DNA of 64,000 nucleotides from Lama glama (lineage: Eukaryota): NCBI GenBank assembly GCA_028534125.1, contig CM052817.1, positions 86,120,001 to 86,184,000 on the forward strand. The letters are read 5' to 3'. The notes under the pieces are model-generated. The model had not been told where the DNA came from. It made no database searches and saw only the letters and a program-made list of their open reading frames with translations. Positions within the stretch are counted from its first letter, which is position 1, and the number at the start of each line of letters is the position of its first letter. A program made the translations under genes and the position numbers. Of this stretch, positions 51,105-64,000 are shown one piece after another.

Positions 51105-51194
51105 TATATATTATATAATTTGAAGTATATACTATATATACTCATATATAGTCTATATGTACTACAATATATACTTCAAATTGTATAATATATA
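51105..51194. repeat. AT-rich inverted repeat, 27-bp arms
   Basis: 51105-51131 (tatatattatataatttgaagtatata) pairs with 51168-51194 (tatatacttcaaattgtataatatata), with one T-G mismatch. Confidence 0.9.
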
Positions 51195-52403
51195 CATATC
51201 TTATTACAACATATGTAAAATAAAGAATATCAACAAAATGTCAAAAATTTTAATTATTTTATCCATAGTATTCTGACATTATTTTTTGGTTTGATTTCCA
51301 AGTTTAACCTGAAAAGAAAAAAGATAGCATTTTCCATGAGAAGAAAATTATAGTTTCAAAAAATAAAGGTTTTATTTCATTTGGAAAACTAAATGCTTCA
51401 AACAATGGTGCAATACAGAACATAAATATGCATGACCATTAAATATCAATCTAACATTTCCAGATTTTATTTTATTACTATTTAATTCTTCCCTATTCTT
51501 CTTTCATTTTTCTCTCTTTTTCATCTTTAGCATAAGTACTGTTTTCCAAATACCTACAGATATATTTAATACAGCATTTCCCAACAATGGTCAAATATAA
51601 TTTAGTTCATAAACCAACACCAAATATTTATTCCCAGGGAAGTCAATATTTTTTGTATGCCAGAGATACTGGAAACAATAGAAATCAAAACTCATTGAAA
51701 TTCATGATATTTGATAATGCTATAGAACTTTTATTTATTTTTTTAATCATTAGATTTTAAATGTATTTAAAGAATTGTTTATCCATTATATGGCTTGTTA
51801 TCATCCACAGTACACTAAGAAAATATTTTAAAATAAGATAAATTGTCTAAGTACTATATCTATTGAAAGAGTGCTTAGAGCTACTACTAAAAATCTGAGA
51901 ATAAAACATGAATATTTTTGAACTATAGAGATCATACATCAGCATCTTTACACTGGCTTTTATTACATAATAAGTAATTTAATTTTCATTAGCCTTCATC
52001 AGTTCGTTATGGAAAGCAACTTGGAAAAAGTAATCACTTGAAAAAGGAGAGAAATAATTTCCCAGTTTAGTTGGCAAGTTACTAACAATAGATTTATGGA
52101 CTGTAATAATCTATTTTCCTAAATAACATTATAGATAGAGTTCAGAATAGACATTGATTAAAAAGAAAATAAAGCAGATTATTCATTCAATAGTTTGATG
52201 GTTATTATGCTAATCAGATCATTTGTCAAAATATATCCATAGGAACATTTTTCTGTAAATTTTTTCCTCATTTCTATATTGTGTGTCAGTCACATCACAG
52301 GTCTACATAGAAGTTGTCTTGGAAATTGGCTAACTAAAGAAGACAATAAATTGTTTTAAACTTTGAGTTCTACAAGACAAGTAGGTATTTCTGAAATTGT
52401 ATA

Positions 52404-52470
52404 GACTAGACCCTTGAACAACATGGAGGTTAGGGGCACTGACCTCCCATGCAGTTGAAAATTCAGATAG
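52404..52470 (+). mobile_element. Tigger2/MER8-like terminal fragment
   Basis: gacccttgaacaacatggaggttaggggcactgacctcccatgcagttgaaaattc matches the Tigger2/MER8 TIR and subterminal sequence. Confidence 0.75.
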
Positions 52471-52956
52471 ATACAGATATGTTACATATAATAAATCAAT
52501 ATCATGTGTACAATATTTTATTTCAAATTTAATTTATATGGAGAACATTTATGAAATTCACATGAATTTGAGGTGCTTTCATATTGATTTTTTTTTCCTT
52601 ATTTTGCTTTGCCACAATAAAGTGAGGTTAATCACTTATGAGTAAGATATAAGGCACCAAAGGAAAAATAATGTGAACGTAAAGAAATATATAATAGGTA
52701 GACATGCTCATTCATATATATTGTTGAGGGTCAAACAAATATGAATGCTTTTCTTAATATGTATATAACATATATACAACTAAAGAAAGGTTAAGTTATG
52801 ATGAATTGCCTAAGAAATTTCCAACTTTTTTTTCACTACTAAATGCTTCTTTTCAAGAAGATATATTTCAATGCATAAGTATACTTGCAACATGAAACTA
52901 CTCCAAAGCAAGAGAAATTTTTAGAGGAAAATTCAAAAGAGGTAGAAAAGTGTATA

Positions 52957-53982
52957 CAGTTGATCCTTGTTATTTGTGAATTCACCTACTGACTAAAATG
53001 TATTTATAACCCCAGAATCAATACTTATGACACTTTAGTGCTCATTCCCAGACATAATCAGAGCAGCTAAAAAATTGAGTTGCCCAACAGGCATGTCCCC
53101 AGCTGGACAGAACAAGGTAATACTTTGCATTCTTGTGTCAGCTCAGGACCAGTATCCTTATCATGGTCTACTTAGTACCACTATTTACACATTTTTGTGA
53201 TTTTGGGGGAGTAATTTTGCTTTTAAAATGGCCCCTCAAAGTTTTCCTGAAATGTTATCTAGAGTTCTTAAGCACAAAAATGATGTGATATGCCTTGCAG
53301 AGAAAAGATGTGTGTTAGGTAAGCTTCATTCAGGCATGAGTTATAGTGCTGTTGGCCATGAGTTCAATGTAAATGAATCAATAATACGGTACACACAGAA
53401 GAAGGAAGGGGAAATTTGCTGACCTGTATATAAGGCTGCTTTGGAAAGTGCTGAAGTAACATCTGCAGTGCATGATGAAGCTATGGAAAAGATGGAAATA
53501 TGGCTAAATTTATAGATTGTTGAGATGATGACCAATTAAAAACAGAAGTGGACAGCATTGTTGTAAGGTTGCAAGCCACAGAAATTTATAGTCACCTTAC
53601 TCAGCATCAGGAAAATGTTAAACTCTTCTTGGTTAGGGTTGGCTGGCTTGCTTGTTTCAAAAGGCAATACACTGTGAAAAATGTTAAGCTTGCAGGTGAT
53701 GTAGGTTGTGCATGGAAGAATTTTTAAAATATCTGTTAAATGTTATTCAGGAAAAGGGTTATGTGGAAGAACACGATTTCAATGCCAACGGACTGTCTTA
53801 TTTTATAACATGCCAAACCTATATAGTGCAAACAGAATTTCAGTTGATAAAAATGTTGTGACCAGAGGCTCACAAGAACCTAATCTTGAATCTTCCCTAG
53901 GGACAATAGTTCAGTACTTGGTAATTCAGTATCCATAGTAACATTATGAACCATAACTACCACAATTAACAATGATTGACTA
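52957..53982 (+). mobile_element. TcMar-Tigger DNA transposon, internally deleted (possibly Tigger6-like)
   Basis: TIRs cagttgatccttgttatttgtg and cacaattaacaatgattgacta, with TA target duplications at 52955-52956 and 53983-53984. Contains a transposase remnant. Confidence 0.88.
53228..53810 (+). pseudogene. pogo/Tigger transposase remnant (CENP-B-type HTH domains to start of DDE domain)
   Basis: Three segments read MAPQ...LAEKRCVLGKLHSGMSYSAVGHEFNVNESIIRY (HTH_psq), EAMEKMEIWLNL...VDSIVVRLQATEIY...GWLACFKRQY (second HTH) and IQEKGYVEEHDFNAN (VFNADET-like). Stops and frameshifts are present. Confidence 0.85.
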
Positions 53983-53999
53983 TATTAATAAACATTAAG

Positions 54000-55760
54000 G
54001 ATAGTCCCTGAAAGTATAGAAATAGAAATATTTGTAAAACTTGTAAGGGATGAGGGAAATTATCCAACCTAGAAATATTGGGAAAATACATATCTCAAAA
54101 TAAAAGTGGACATAAATGCAACTGTATGAGGATAAAAATTAATTAGGTTAAACCTCCATTTAAAAAGATGAATATGTTTAAAGCTGATTAAAAAGTGAAG
54201 ACAAACCATGAGAATAAGGAAAGATCAAATTATACTAGATAAAAAATAGCTAGCTAGCTAGATAGATAGATAGAAAAATACCAGATAAATAAAGCTACTT
54301 AAGTCAAAACACAGTGTATAGAAACAATGGATAATACATTATAATGATACATCTCTCTTACTGGAAATTATACAATAATGCCAAACTTATATACCTAAAA
54401 ACATAAATTCTGTTAATATAAAGCAAAACTAAAATATAGTAAAGTAAAAAATTAACATTTAAAATACATGTTTCCTATTTAAAATTTAGAAAGCAGGAAA
54501 GGGTTCCAATTCCACCCTAATAACAATAAAAAGATAATCTACAAAAGCATAAAAATTCCAAGGTCACAAATAACCAACTAGCATAAAATATGAGGAAATA
54601 TAGATGTTTTCAAAAACAGAAGAGACATGAGCACTAGCAGCAAAAGACCAGATTTCCATTAAAATGGGTAAAGAGAATTCTACAGAAATTTTTAACAAAC
54701 TCCAAAAGATTCAGTGTAGACTAATATGGGCAGACAATTTCTAAGAGCCATGGACACAAGGAATTCATTCCCACTGAAAGGATTTTATTAAGGACTTTAT
54801 ATATTATCATTAAAAACAAAACAAAAACAAAAACAAAAAAACTGAAGACAGAGTGAGGTACCAGAGAAATCACTCTCAGTGGTGCAACTTGGGGAGTAGG
54901 GGAGCATGGGTGGTAATGTATAAAATGAATTTAATACATATATCTGAGATTCTAGGAAAAGTAGAGAGTGGTAGAGGAAATACTCAGAAGGATAAAGGAC
55001 AAATATTTTCCTCAAATTATAATAGAAATCAAGTCACAGATTCAGGAATTTCTGAAAATATGAATAAAGATAAAAATGAATAACATACACCAATATCAAC
55101 ACACTCACTCAACAGAAAGAGAAAATAATGAATGCAAATTACATATAGGGAAAAAAACGACAAATTTTTATCGGTCATAATGCAAGCCAGAAAACAATGA
55201 ATCAACATCTTTAAACTAATGGGGAAAAAAATACAACTCAACACCGATTTCTATACGCAGGTGAAATATCTTTCAAAATATGGGAGAAATAGTTTCTCAA
55301 AGAAAAATTGAAAAAAGACTTTAAAGTCCTAGGGGGAAAAAACACAAAAACACTGTTGGCCTACAATTCTGTAATAAATAAAATATATTTCAAAAATGAA
55401 CCAAAAAACATACATACCTTTTCAGGGATAAAAATACTGAGATATTTTAATAAAAGTTGATCTATACTATAAGAATTGTTACAACTGAGTACTCAGGTTG
55501 AAAGAATATAGCATCAGACCAAACGTAAATCTACACAAAAACATACAGATTTCCAGAAATGATTAAAGGTAAATATAAAATATGTATTTCTTATTTTAAT
55601 CACTCTAAATATATTTGTATATCTATAGACCAAACAGTAGCAGTGCATAGTGAGTTTATAGCATATTCAAAAATAAAATAATGGCAAAAATATACAGGGA
55701 GAATTTAAGAATTTTTTGTGGAGAATTTCTTACACCCATATAATATGATACAATATTTTT
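54000..55760 (+). mobile_element. Nested old L1 fragments (ORF2 endonuclease start, 5' UTR, ORF1)
   Basis: A-rich sense strand. aatgcaagccagaaaacaatgaatcaacatctttaaactaatgggg is ORF1 MQARRQW...IFK-like, and ttaaacctccatttaaaaagat is endonuclease LNSPIKR-like. Confidence 0.65.
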
Positions 55761-55761
55761 A

Positions 55762-56030
55762 TTCAATTTATTGAGGATTTTTGCCTCTAGAGTCATGAGC
55801 TATATTGGTCTAAAATATTTGTTTTGTACTGCCTTTGTCTGGTTTGGAATTAGTGTAATCCTTGCCTCATAAAATAAGTTGAGAAGTGTTCCTTCCTCTT
55901 TAGTATTCTGGAAAAATTGTATAGAACTCGTGTTCTTTCTTATTTTAATGTTTAATAGAACTTGCCAATGAAACATGGTGATAGAGAATAGGCCTGGTGA
56001 ATTCTTTTTTATAAGGTTTTTAACAGTGAT
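55762..56030 (-). mobile_element. L1 ORF2 RT fragment, antisense
   Basis: ORF 55800-56069(-) contains FFQNTKEEGTLLNLFYEARITLIP...FRPI, the L1 ORF2 EEGTLPNSFYEASITLIPK...YRPI motif. Confidence 0.9.
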
Positions 56031-56039
56031 GATAACATT

Positions 56040-56125
56040 GTGGGGACAATTGGAAATGTCTGGAGACACTTGTGTTTGTCACAATTAGGTAGGTCCTATT
56101 GGCACTCAGTGGATGAAGTAAAGGG
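56040..56125 (+). mobile_element. MER20 fragment
   Basis: ggggacaattggaaatgtctggagacacttgtgtttgtcacaat...tattggcactcagtgg. Confidence 0.8.
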
Positions 56126-59100
56126 TTCCATTCTATAAGACTGCATTCTTTCCAGCCCTCTGACTAGAGAGAAAAGGCTTTCACGTATCTTTTTTGTCTG
56201 TGCACACTGTTTCCTCGTACCCAGGCTGAGATACGCAGGAAGCAAAAACAAAACCCAGGGAACTCAACATCAGATTGCCTTTTGATTTCCAACATCTCTA
56301 ACGAGTATCTCTGCTCTTCAGAATTCCAAAACATCTGAGCTCATCCTTATGAAAAGAATCAGTATATGCTCTCAAGATGAAAGCTTGTTTTCTACGTAAT
56401 TTTTATATTCTTATTTGCTCATTGTAGTATTAAAGGAATGTATTTCTATGTTTATCCAAGTTTAAAAAATTCTTTTGGTGGTTAAACAGGTTAGGATTTC
56501 TAGTCTGCACTACTATAGGGAAAAAAAGGCAAAGATTACTTTTAAAAATAAGAATCCATCCTTTTGAATTAAGGATTTGCAATATGTTCTAAATAAAATG
56601 AAGATAAAAAGTTAACATTTGAACTTCAAGGTAATTGGCATACAGAATCATGAAACTTAAATTTCTCCTGGGAGTTGAGTTAATGTATTTTTGCCTTTTA
56701 AAAAAATGTGATAATATTTTTCAATGTTTAACATGAAATATTATTGAATCTAATAATCCAATATTAATCTCAATTATTTAGGATATTTTGCCTTATACAA
56801 CATAAGGATCTATCTAGTGTAGGTCAATATACCTACAAAATTATAGCACATTTTGTTCAAATTTATGGAACAAATTTTGCATGGTACTTTTTCCATTATT
56901 GCAAATATGTGTTGCCTTGTTTACCCATGAAGGAGAAGATTCAAAATGATACCCAAAGAATTCTCATTCATCATATAAATACAGTAAATAAAAATATCAC
57001 CTCAGCATTAATGCTGATTTCATAATATGGTATGTGAGGCTTTTATGAACTTGCTTAGGAAAATTTACAGTTTTCTTCAGTTTTTGTGTTGTAATATATT
57101 CAGGAATATATGCCAAAATAGAGTTGTAATAAAATCTCTCTCTTTTTTTTTTACATAAAACATACATGTTGTATTATTATAAATCCAGAGATACTTACAA
57201 AGTAAGTTTCAAAAAGTATGGTTAAGAGTATACCACAATTAATTGTGGACAGCACAGAGTTATTGTTTTTAGTAAAAATGACTACAAGGCACACATTTGT
57301 GTGTTGGCACAGAGCTTTTTTATTATCTCAGACCTGTCAAATTCAAAAGATTCATCCCAGGAATATGTGGAAAAAAAAGTTGGTCAGTGATATATAGTAT
57401 TAAATGTAACATGTTCTTCCTGAACAAATGTGAATCCCTAGTACAATTTCAGAGTCTCTTCTATTTGCCCCCTATTATCAACAGGGGAGATTTTCTTCTT
57501 TTATTCTCCACTAATCATTTCTGACAAATAGTTGGCAAGCTTAATGGTGAAGAGCTGTCCATAGGGTTCTAGGTCAATCTCACCCCTTGGGAAGAAAGCA
57601 CACATGTCTAAGAATAAACGCCCTCCAACAGAGGAAAAGGACAATGTTTTACCTAGTGCCTGTTTGATTTTTTCCCCAAGTATAATTGGCTAATATCTTT
57701 GTGATACAATTTAACTGTTATTTCAGGTGGTTGACATGATTCACATTTTCCCTTCCTATTAAGGAATGCAATGATTTTGTATTATACTATTCTCTAAGAC
57801 CATCATTCTTGGTTTGAGCTACCCTTAGTTAAAAAAAAATCCAAATTCTATTCAAAATACCAATGAAAATATCTTACTGAAAATACCAGCAATTCAATGC
57901 CTGTGACTTGACTGTGTTTGTGTCTGCGTGTGTAATTTTTTTCACTATTAGAGAAAGAGAGCTAGAAAGTTTAATAATTTGAAGAAAGGAATCTGAATAA
58001 TTCTAACAAAGGTGATATGTATATATAAACACATTTACATATATATATATATATATATAATATATATAAATAATTTCCTGGGTGATTGAAACAGAGTTAG
58101 CATTTTAAATCTGATGACCTACATGTAAACTTAATTTAAAAACCACTCACTGTTCTGATTTTCTCCACAAATAATGATAACTGCACTGAAAATGACTATG
58201 ATGACATCCCAGCAACTATGTAACTTTTCAGATCTAAGTGCAAGTATTTTTGTTCATTTGTTCAAAAAGTTTTATGCAATATTTATGTTCTACGTATGGT
58301 CCTAATCTCAGAATAAGTAAAAATAAATATATTTTGTGACCTCATACTCTACTACCTGTTACAATGATGAAGTGGACGCTTCTTGTACTTTCTTATTACT
58401 CATTTTTGCTCTCCTCACTAATTACAGTATTAAGTTTAAGACTAACATGGACTTTATATGCTAATTCTTTTCAATTGTGTAATATGTCTTGTACAAATAT
58501 AAGTAAACACAACAAATGTAAGTAATCATTAAAGGTACTTTCACCCAAAATATATTGGGTATAAAATACTCCTTATTTGAACTATCCACATAGAGTTTAC
58601 ATTGAGGGTAATTTTTAGCCATTCATTTAAACAGAACAAAAACAAAATAAGTATTAATTGATTTAAATAGAGAAAATTAAATGAAAAGATGAAGTGGTGA
58701 AGAGCCTACAGAAAATTGCTCAGTTTGCATATAAATTAGTTAATTAGCCTCTCACCTGCCCAGGTAGAAGTTTATAACCCTAATTAAAATAATTATGTAA
58801 ACTTCCAAGACTCATTAGGAAAATCTGAGAAAGAAAATAAAATGCATTACTGCTCTTTATGTAATTTTACTTGAACTTAGCTAATAACATTGCTAATAAC
58901 ATTTCCATAGATTAAGTTGATTTAAATATTTTCATGTACATATCCTTTTATAGTTAATTCTAAGAGCTTTACTTAAAAATAAAATACAAGATAAAAATTT
59001 AATCTATAGAAAATGAAAGTAAAGAGGATGATAATTTGAGGTTCTTTAAAAATAAATTTCATTCTTTTCCTCCAAAATGCATGTGGTTATCTTACTGTAC

Positions 59101-60079
59101 TTTAACAATCCATGATTTTATAAGTATAAATATTCATTTTAATTAATTCCTAAAGATGTCTTATTTTTTAAATGTTGCAAATGAGTTAAAATGCTATGGT
59201 ATGACCAAGAAGCCTTAACCCTAAAAGAGAGCACTCTTTTGATAGTTCAATGAGTAAAGCATTCACATAATTTAACACTAATCATTTAACAAACATTTAT
59301 GGAACATTTATGTTAAAGAAACTGCTGAGCAGATGAGTGGGGCATTAAAATAAAGGAGAGACAAATTTCCTGGTTCCAAGGAATGTATGTACTTGTGAAG
59401 TATAAAAAAGAAAACAAATGAACGAGAGAAAAACATGATGGTGGTTATAGATGCTGTCAAGCTGTTAATGCATAAGGGCTAAAATAAATCAGAAAATGAA
59501 GGGATGAAAATTATACATATATATAATACAATATAGAACATATTCCAAGTACTCTTTAAGATATCTTAAGAAAGTTTTAATGCAGTTATAATTCAAGATG
59601 TTCTGATTTATTGCAGATGATAAAATTGAAGCTAACAAAAATACGTAACTTTGAATTTTGAAAGGGTTCATGAATTATTTAACTGTTTAATATTTGTTAA
59701 ACAAAAATAAGTGGATATTATAGCATTGAAACAGAAATATAAATACTGCCTAAGAAACAGAAGAATAGTGGAAAATATTAAATTCACAGTATGACTATGA
59801 CATAGGTTTGAAGAAAGGGGATAATAAGAGCCAATGTATAATAGGGAAGATAGAAACAAATACTGAATTCCCAGCAATTTAGGTTAAAGTACTAGAATTG
59901 TACACAGAACAACTTACAGAATGAGTGAATACATATGGCAGTACATGTAGGACATGAGGGTGATTGAAAATTGACATGATTGGGAAGGTATGACAAAGAA
60001 AGTGGCATCACTAGGAAAGTTAAAACTTTAATACAATTTATGAGAATATTGGATTGCAGTCATTTGAAGATATAACTTG

Positions 60080-60520
60080 CAATTACAAAAATCCTTGAAT
60101 AGCCTAAAGTCAGTATTTCATTACACCCTAAAATCTACCCTTAGCTCATTCTATTCCAATCACACCAGCTTTCTTATGCTAAGAATGGCTGTGTCCCAGA
60201 GCTGTGTCCCAGAGTCTTTTGTCTTTGTCCAAAACATTCTGACCCAGATATTCACATGGCTTTTCCCTGTCTTTTGCAAGTCTTGTTCAATATTCATTGC
60301 CATAATAAAGTCAACACTGACCACTTATAAATATGTATCCTTTCCTTGAGCAATCCTTTTCATTCTTTATTTGTGTCTGTTAGTTGAATTAACCATTTGT
60401 TAAACTATTCTGGAATTTATTTATGTGAGATACTTACTTTCCATTCTATTTCCACTAACAAAACTGTAAGAAAAAGGCAGATATTTTTGTCTATTGTCTA
60501 TTGCGTCAAAATTGCCTATA
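60080..60520 (+). mobile_element. L2 3' fragment
   Basis: tagctcattctattccaatcacaccagctttctt, cccagatattcacatggct and ggcagatatttttgtctattgt. Confidence 0.65.
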
Positions 60521-60771
60521 GTCTACTTTCTGTATTGATGATCATTTATCTTCTGTGATGTGTCCTCCCACAATAAGGTAATCATGGGTCATGTTTTTAT
60601 GATTATTCAGTAAAATATTCTCAAAGAATTGGACATTGGCTATAATAGGGTATTTCCAATCAGGTATTTAATTAATATTTTCAACAAAATTTTTTTTCTA
60701 AATTTTGCTTAGTAATGTTTATAGAAGACAAAAATATTGTGTTATCAAGAAAGTTCATTTAATTTTGAGGT

Positions 60772-62815
60772 AAAAAAATTACCTGAAACTAATAAGCAAT
60801 TATAGCCAGACTGCAGGATAAAAGATTAATATACAAAAGGCAACAGCTTTCCTATATGCCAGCAATGAATGTGTGAAATTTGAAATCAAAAACACAATGT
60901 TATTCACCATAGCACCTAAATAAATGAAATACTTAAGTATAAATCTAACAAACTACATAAAAGATCTGTGAGGAAAATGACAAAACTCTAATGAACAAAA
61001 TCAAAGAACTAAATAAAAGGAGATATATAAGAATATATATGTATAATCAATATTATCAATATATTATCTTTCTCATCAAGATGTCAGTTCTTCCCAATGT
61101 GATCTGAAGACTTAACACAATCTCATTCCAAATTCCAACAAGTTATTCTGTGGATATCAATAAACTGATTCTAAAGTTTATATGGAGAGGCAAAACACAA
61201 AAAATAGCCAACATAATACTGAAGAAGAACAAAGTTGGAGGACTGGTGTTACCCAACTTCAAGACTTACTATAAAGCTACAGTAATTAAGATAGTGTGGC
61301 ATTGGTAAAAGAACAAATAGATCAGTGAAACAGAGCAGAGAGCCCAGAAACAGACCTGCATAAATAAAGTCAACTAAATTTTGACAAAGCAGCAAAGGTA
61401 ATGTGATAAAACAAAGAATTTTTTTTTTTAACAAATGATGTTGAAACAGCTGGGCATCCATGTGCAAAAAAAAAAAAAGTCTACATAGATCTTACACTTT
61501 TCACAAAATTAACTCAAAATGGATCACATTTTGTAAAATGCAAAATTATAAAAATTATAGAAATAGCATAGGAGAAAACCTAGATGACTTTGGTTATGAA
61601 AATGACTCTTTAAACATAACACCAAAGATACAATTCACGAGAGAAACAACTGAAAAGCTGGACTTCATTAAAATTAAAAACTTCTGGTCTACAAAAGACA
61701 ATGTCAAGAGATTAAGAAGAAAAGCCACAGTCTGGCATAAAATATTTGTAAAATACATAACTGATAAAGGACTTTTATCCAAAATATACAAAGAATACTT
61801 AAAATTCAACAGTAAGAAATCAAACAATGGGATTTAAAAATGGGCCAAAGACCTTACCAAAGAAAATACACAGATGGCAAAAAAGCATATCAAAAGATAC
61901 TCTACTTCATACGTCATCAGGGAAATACAAATTAAAACAACAATGAACTAACACTACATACCTGTTAGAATGGCCAAAATCTGGAACACTGAAACACTAA
62001 ATGTTGGCAAGAATGAGGAACAAGAGGAACTCTCATTCACTGTTAGTGGAAATACGAAATGGTATAGCCACTTTGGAAGACAGTTTGGTGGTTCAGCAGT
62101 AAAACTAACATAATTCTACCACATGATCCTGCAATCACACTTTCAGGTATTTACCCAAAGGAATAGAAAACGTATTTTCATACAAAAATCTGCACACAGT
62201 CTTTATAGCAGATTTATTCATAATTGCCAAAATGTAGGAGCATATCCTTTAGAAGGTGAATGGGTAAATAAAGTGTGGCACATTCAGCCAATGTAGTATT
62301 ATTCAGTACTAAAAAGAAATGAGCATTTTTCTTCATGAAAAGTCATGGAGAAACCTCATGTGTATATTACTAAGTGAAAGAAGCCAACGTGAAAAGGCCA
62401 CATCCTGTATGATTCCAACTATATGACATGGAATAGGTAAGTCTATGGAAACAGCAAAAGGATCAGTATTTGGGGGCTGGGGGTGGAGAAGGAGGATGAA
62501 TAGGTAGAGCACAAAGGATTTTTTGGGCAATGAAAATATTCTGTAGCACACCGTAATCATGGATACATGTCCAAATTCATAGAATATGCAACATCTACAG
62601 AGAACCATAATGTAAACCGTGGACTTTGGGTGATTGTGATGTGTTAGTGTACTTATTAACTGTAACAAATACATCATTCTGGCTGCAGCTATTGATAATG
62701 GGGAACGCCATGCATATGTGGGGGTAGTGGGGATATTTAGGAATTCTCTGTATCTTCCCCTAAATCATGCTGTAAACCTAAAACTGCTTTAAAGATATAT
62801 TTAATTTTTAAAAGT
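60772..62815 (+). mobile_element. L1MC1/2-like ORF2 3' part and 3' UTR
   Basis: ORF 61460-61837 (TTEKLDFIKIKNFWSTKDNVKRLRRKATVWHKIF...DKGLLSKIYKE) is L1 ORF2. 3' UTR includes aatgtaaaccgtggactttgggtgattgtgatgtg and ctgtaaacctaaaactgcttt. Confidence 0.92.
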
Positions 62816-62899
62816 TTTGTTTAGGTAAGAAATTTATATATAATTCTCAGAATCTACTCTCGTCTAATGATCACTGTAAAATATTCCTATTTAAGGAAA

Positions 62900-64000
62900 A
62901 ATAAAATTTGACAGTGAAGCCACCTGAGCCTGGAGGTTTGAATTAAGTATCTTCGATATATTTAAAAATCTATGCAGAAACACTATTTTTTCTTGTGTAA
63001 TCTTTAATATTGTTTTGCTTTTCAAATCACAAGTGTTATCAAATTTATTGGCATGAAGCTCTTGTAACTTCCTTTACCATCAATAGATCTATAGGGTCTA
63101 TCCCACAGTCCCCTCCCCTTAAATTCCTGTCAGTAGTTGCTTTGGGTTTTCTTTCTATATTGCTCTATCTAGAAGTTAATCAATTTACTGATTTTATCCA
63201 AGATTTAGCTTTAGATTTTTTTCCTTTGGTATTTCTTTAATGCATTTAAAAATTTACTTTACCTCTATTCTTACTTTTTTCTTCTCTGATTTTAATAGAC
63301 TTTTCTCCTGACTTTTTAAGGTAGAAACTTGCCTCATTGACTTAGACATTTCTCTTTTTCTAACATAAGTATTAAGAGCTATAAATTTTCCCCTAGGTAA
63401 TCCTGAAGCAGTAGTGTTTTTATTTTTATCGAGACCAAAGAAACTTCTAATTTCTCTTTTGATTTACTATTTGACACCAAGGAGCATTTTGAGGTTTATT
63501 AATTTCCAAATATTTGAGCATTCCCAGATTTTTTTCTGTTTTCATTTCTGATTAATTATAGTGGGTCAGAGAACATATGATCCAATTATGTTTAATTTGT
63601 TGCAATTTTAAAAAATGCTTAGCATGCACTGAGTGTTAATGAAATATAAAAAAGAAGTTTCTGCTTGCAATAAATGAGCTATTCTGTAAACGTCCTAGAC
63701 CTAGTTATTTGATTATGTCATCAAATTATCTGATATACCTACAAATTTTTCATTTATTTTTAATAATAACAGAAATGTACTTATGAAATATTCAAATATA
63801 AATGTGGAGTTGTATATTATTCTTTTCAGTTATGTTAGTTTTACCTGATGTATTTTAAATACAGACTTTTTTTGTTATTGCATAGAAAAATATTTTGGAT
63901 TATCAGCTTCTTTGGATGAACTGAGCCATGTCCATCTTTATCCTTGCTAAAAATATTCCTTGTGCAGAAGCCTCCTTTTTTCTATTATGAACCTGAGTAC
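62900..64000 (-). mobile_element. Old L1 ORF2 (endonuclease to RT start), antisense, running off the window end
   Basis: gtgaagccacctgagcctggag (antisense PGxxGF), gctataaattttcccct, tttaatttccaaatatttg, gtgggtcagagaacata and aatgtggagttgtatatt. Confidence 0.8.

Noticed and set aside
9362..60207. Short tandem duplications (agttcttaagatat x2 ~9362, aagactacttt x2 ~32050, gctaataacatt x2 ~58880, gctgtgtcccaga x2 ~60188)
   Set aside because: These are ordinary slippage duplications with no spacers or array structure, and nothing CRISPR-like.
117..63240. ORF-track entries as host protein-coding genes
   Set aside because: All are short (136 aa or less), many start at non-ATG codons, and they are low-complexity or map to L1, Tigger, ERV or LTR remnants. 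I found no recognisable host protein or consistent exon chain.
63615..63629. Exact 15-mer atgcttagcatgcac shared with the SINE anticodon arm (43804-43818)
   Set aside because: The match is isolated inside antisense L1, and 15-mer coincidences are expected within a 64-kb window.

Overview
AT-rich, CpG-poor placental-mammal genomic DNA with no protein-coding gene I can support; it reads as an intergenic region or a very large intron. A tRNA-Ala-derived SINE with target-site duplications (43773-43913) resembles the camelid vic-1 SINE, and I saw no ruminant, pig, carnivore or primate SINEs, so a camelid source is my inference. Much of the window is interspersed repeat: old and younger L1 fragments, L2, MIR, MaLR/ERVL/ERV1 solo LTRs, hAT elements, a Tigger element and microsatellites. 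Repeat family names are assigned by eye from remembered consensus features and need RepeatMasker/Dfam confirmation; most boundaries are approximate. The listed ORFs are repeat remnants or chance frames. The most informative feature is at 17143-19880: a class I endogenous retrovirus sequence that looks like an L1-retrotransposed mRNA. It is 5'-truncated inside pro, its LTR stops at the poly(A) site, and it has an A15 tail and a 9-bp target-site duplication. Weaker leads are a broken hammerhead-like structured element (~33147-33262), a CCAAT-TATA-Inr-donor arrangement (~20620-20745), a 27-bp AT-rich inverted repeat (51105-51194) and an old local duplication (9742-9925 vs 12078-12254). I found no evidence of a complete novel multi-gene system.
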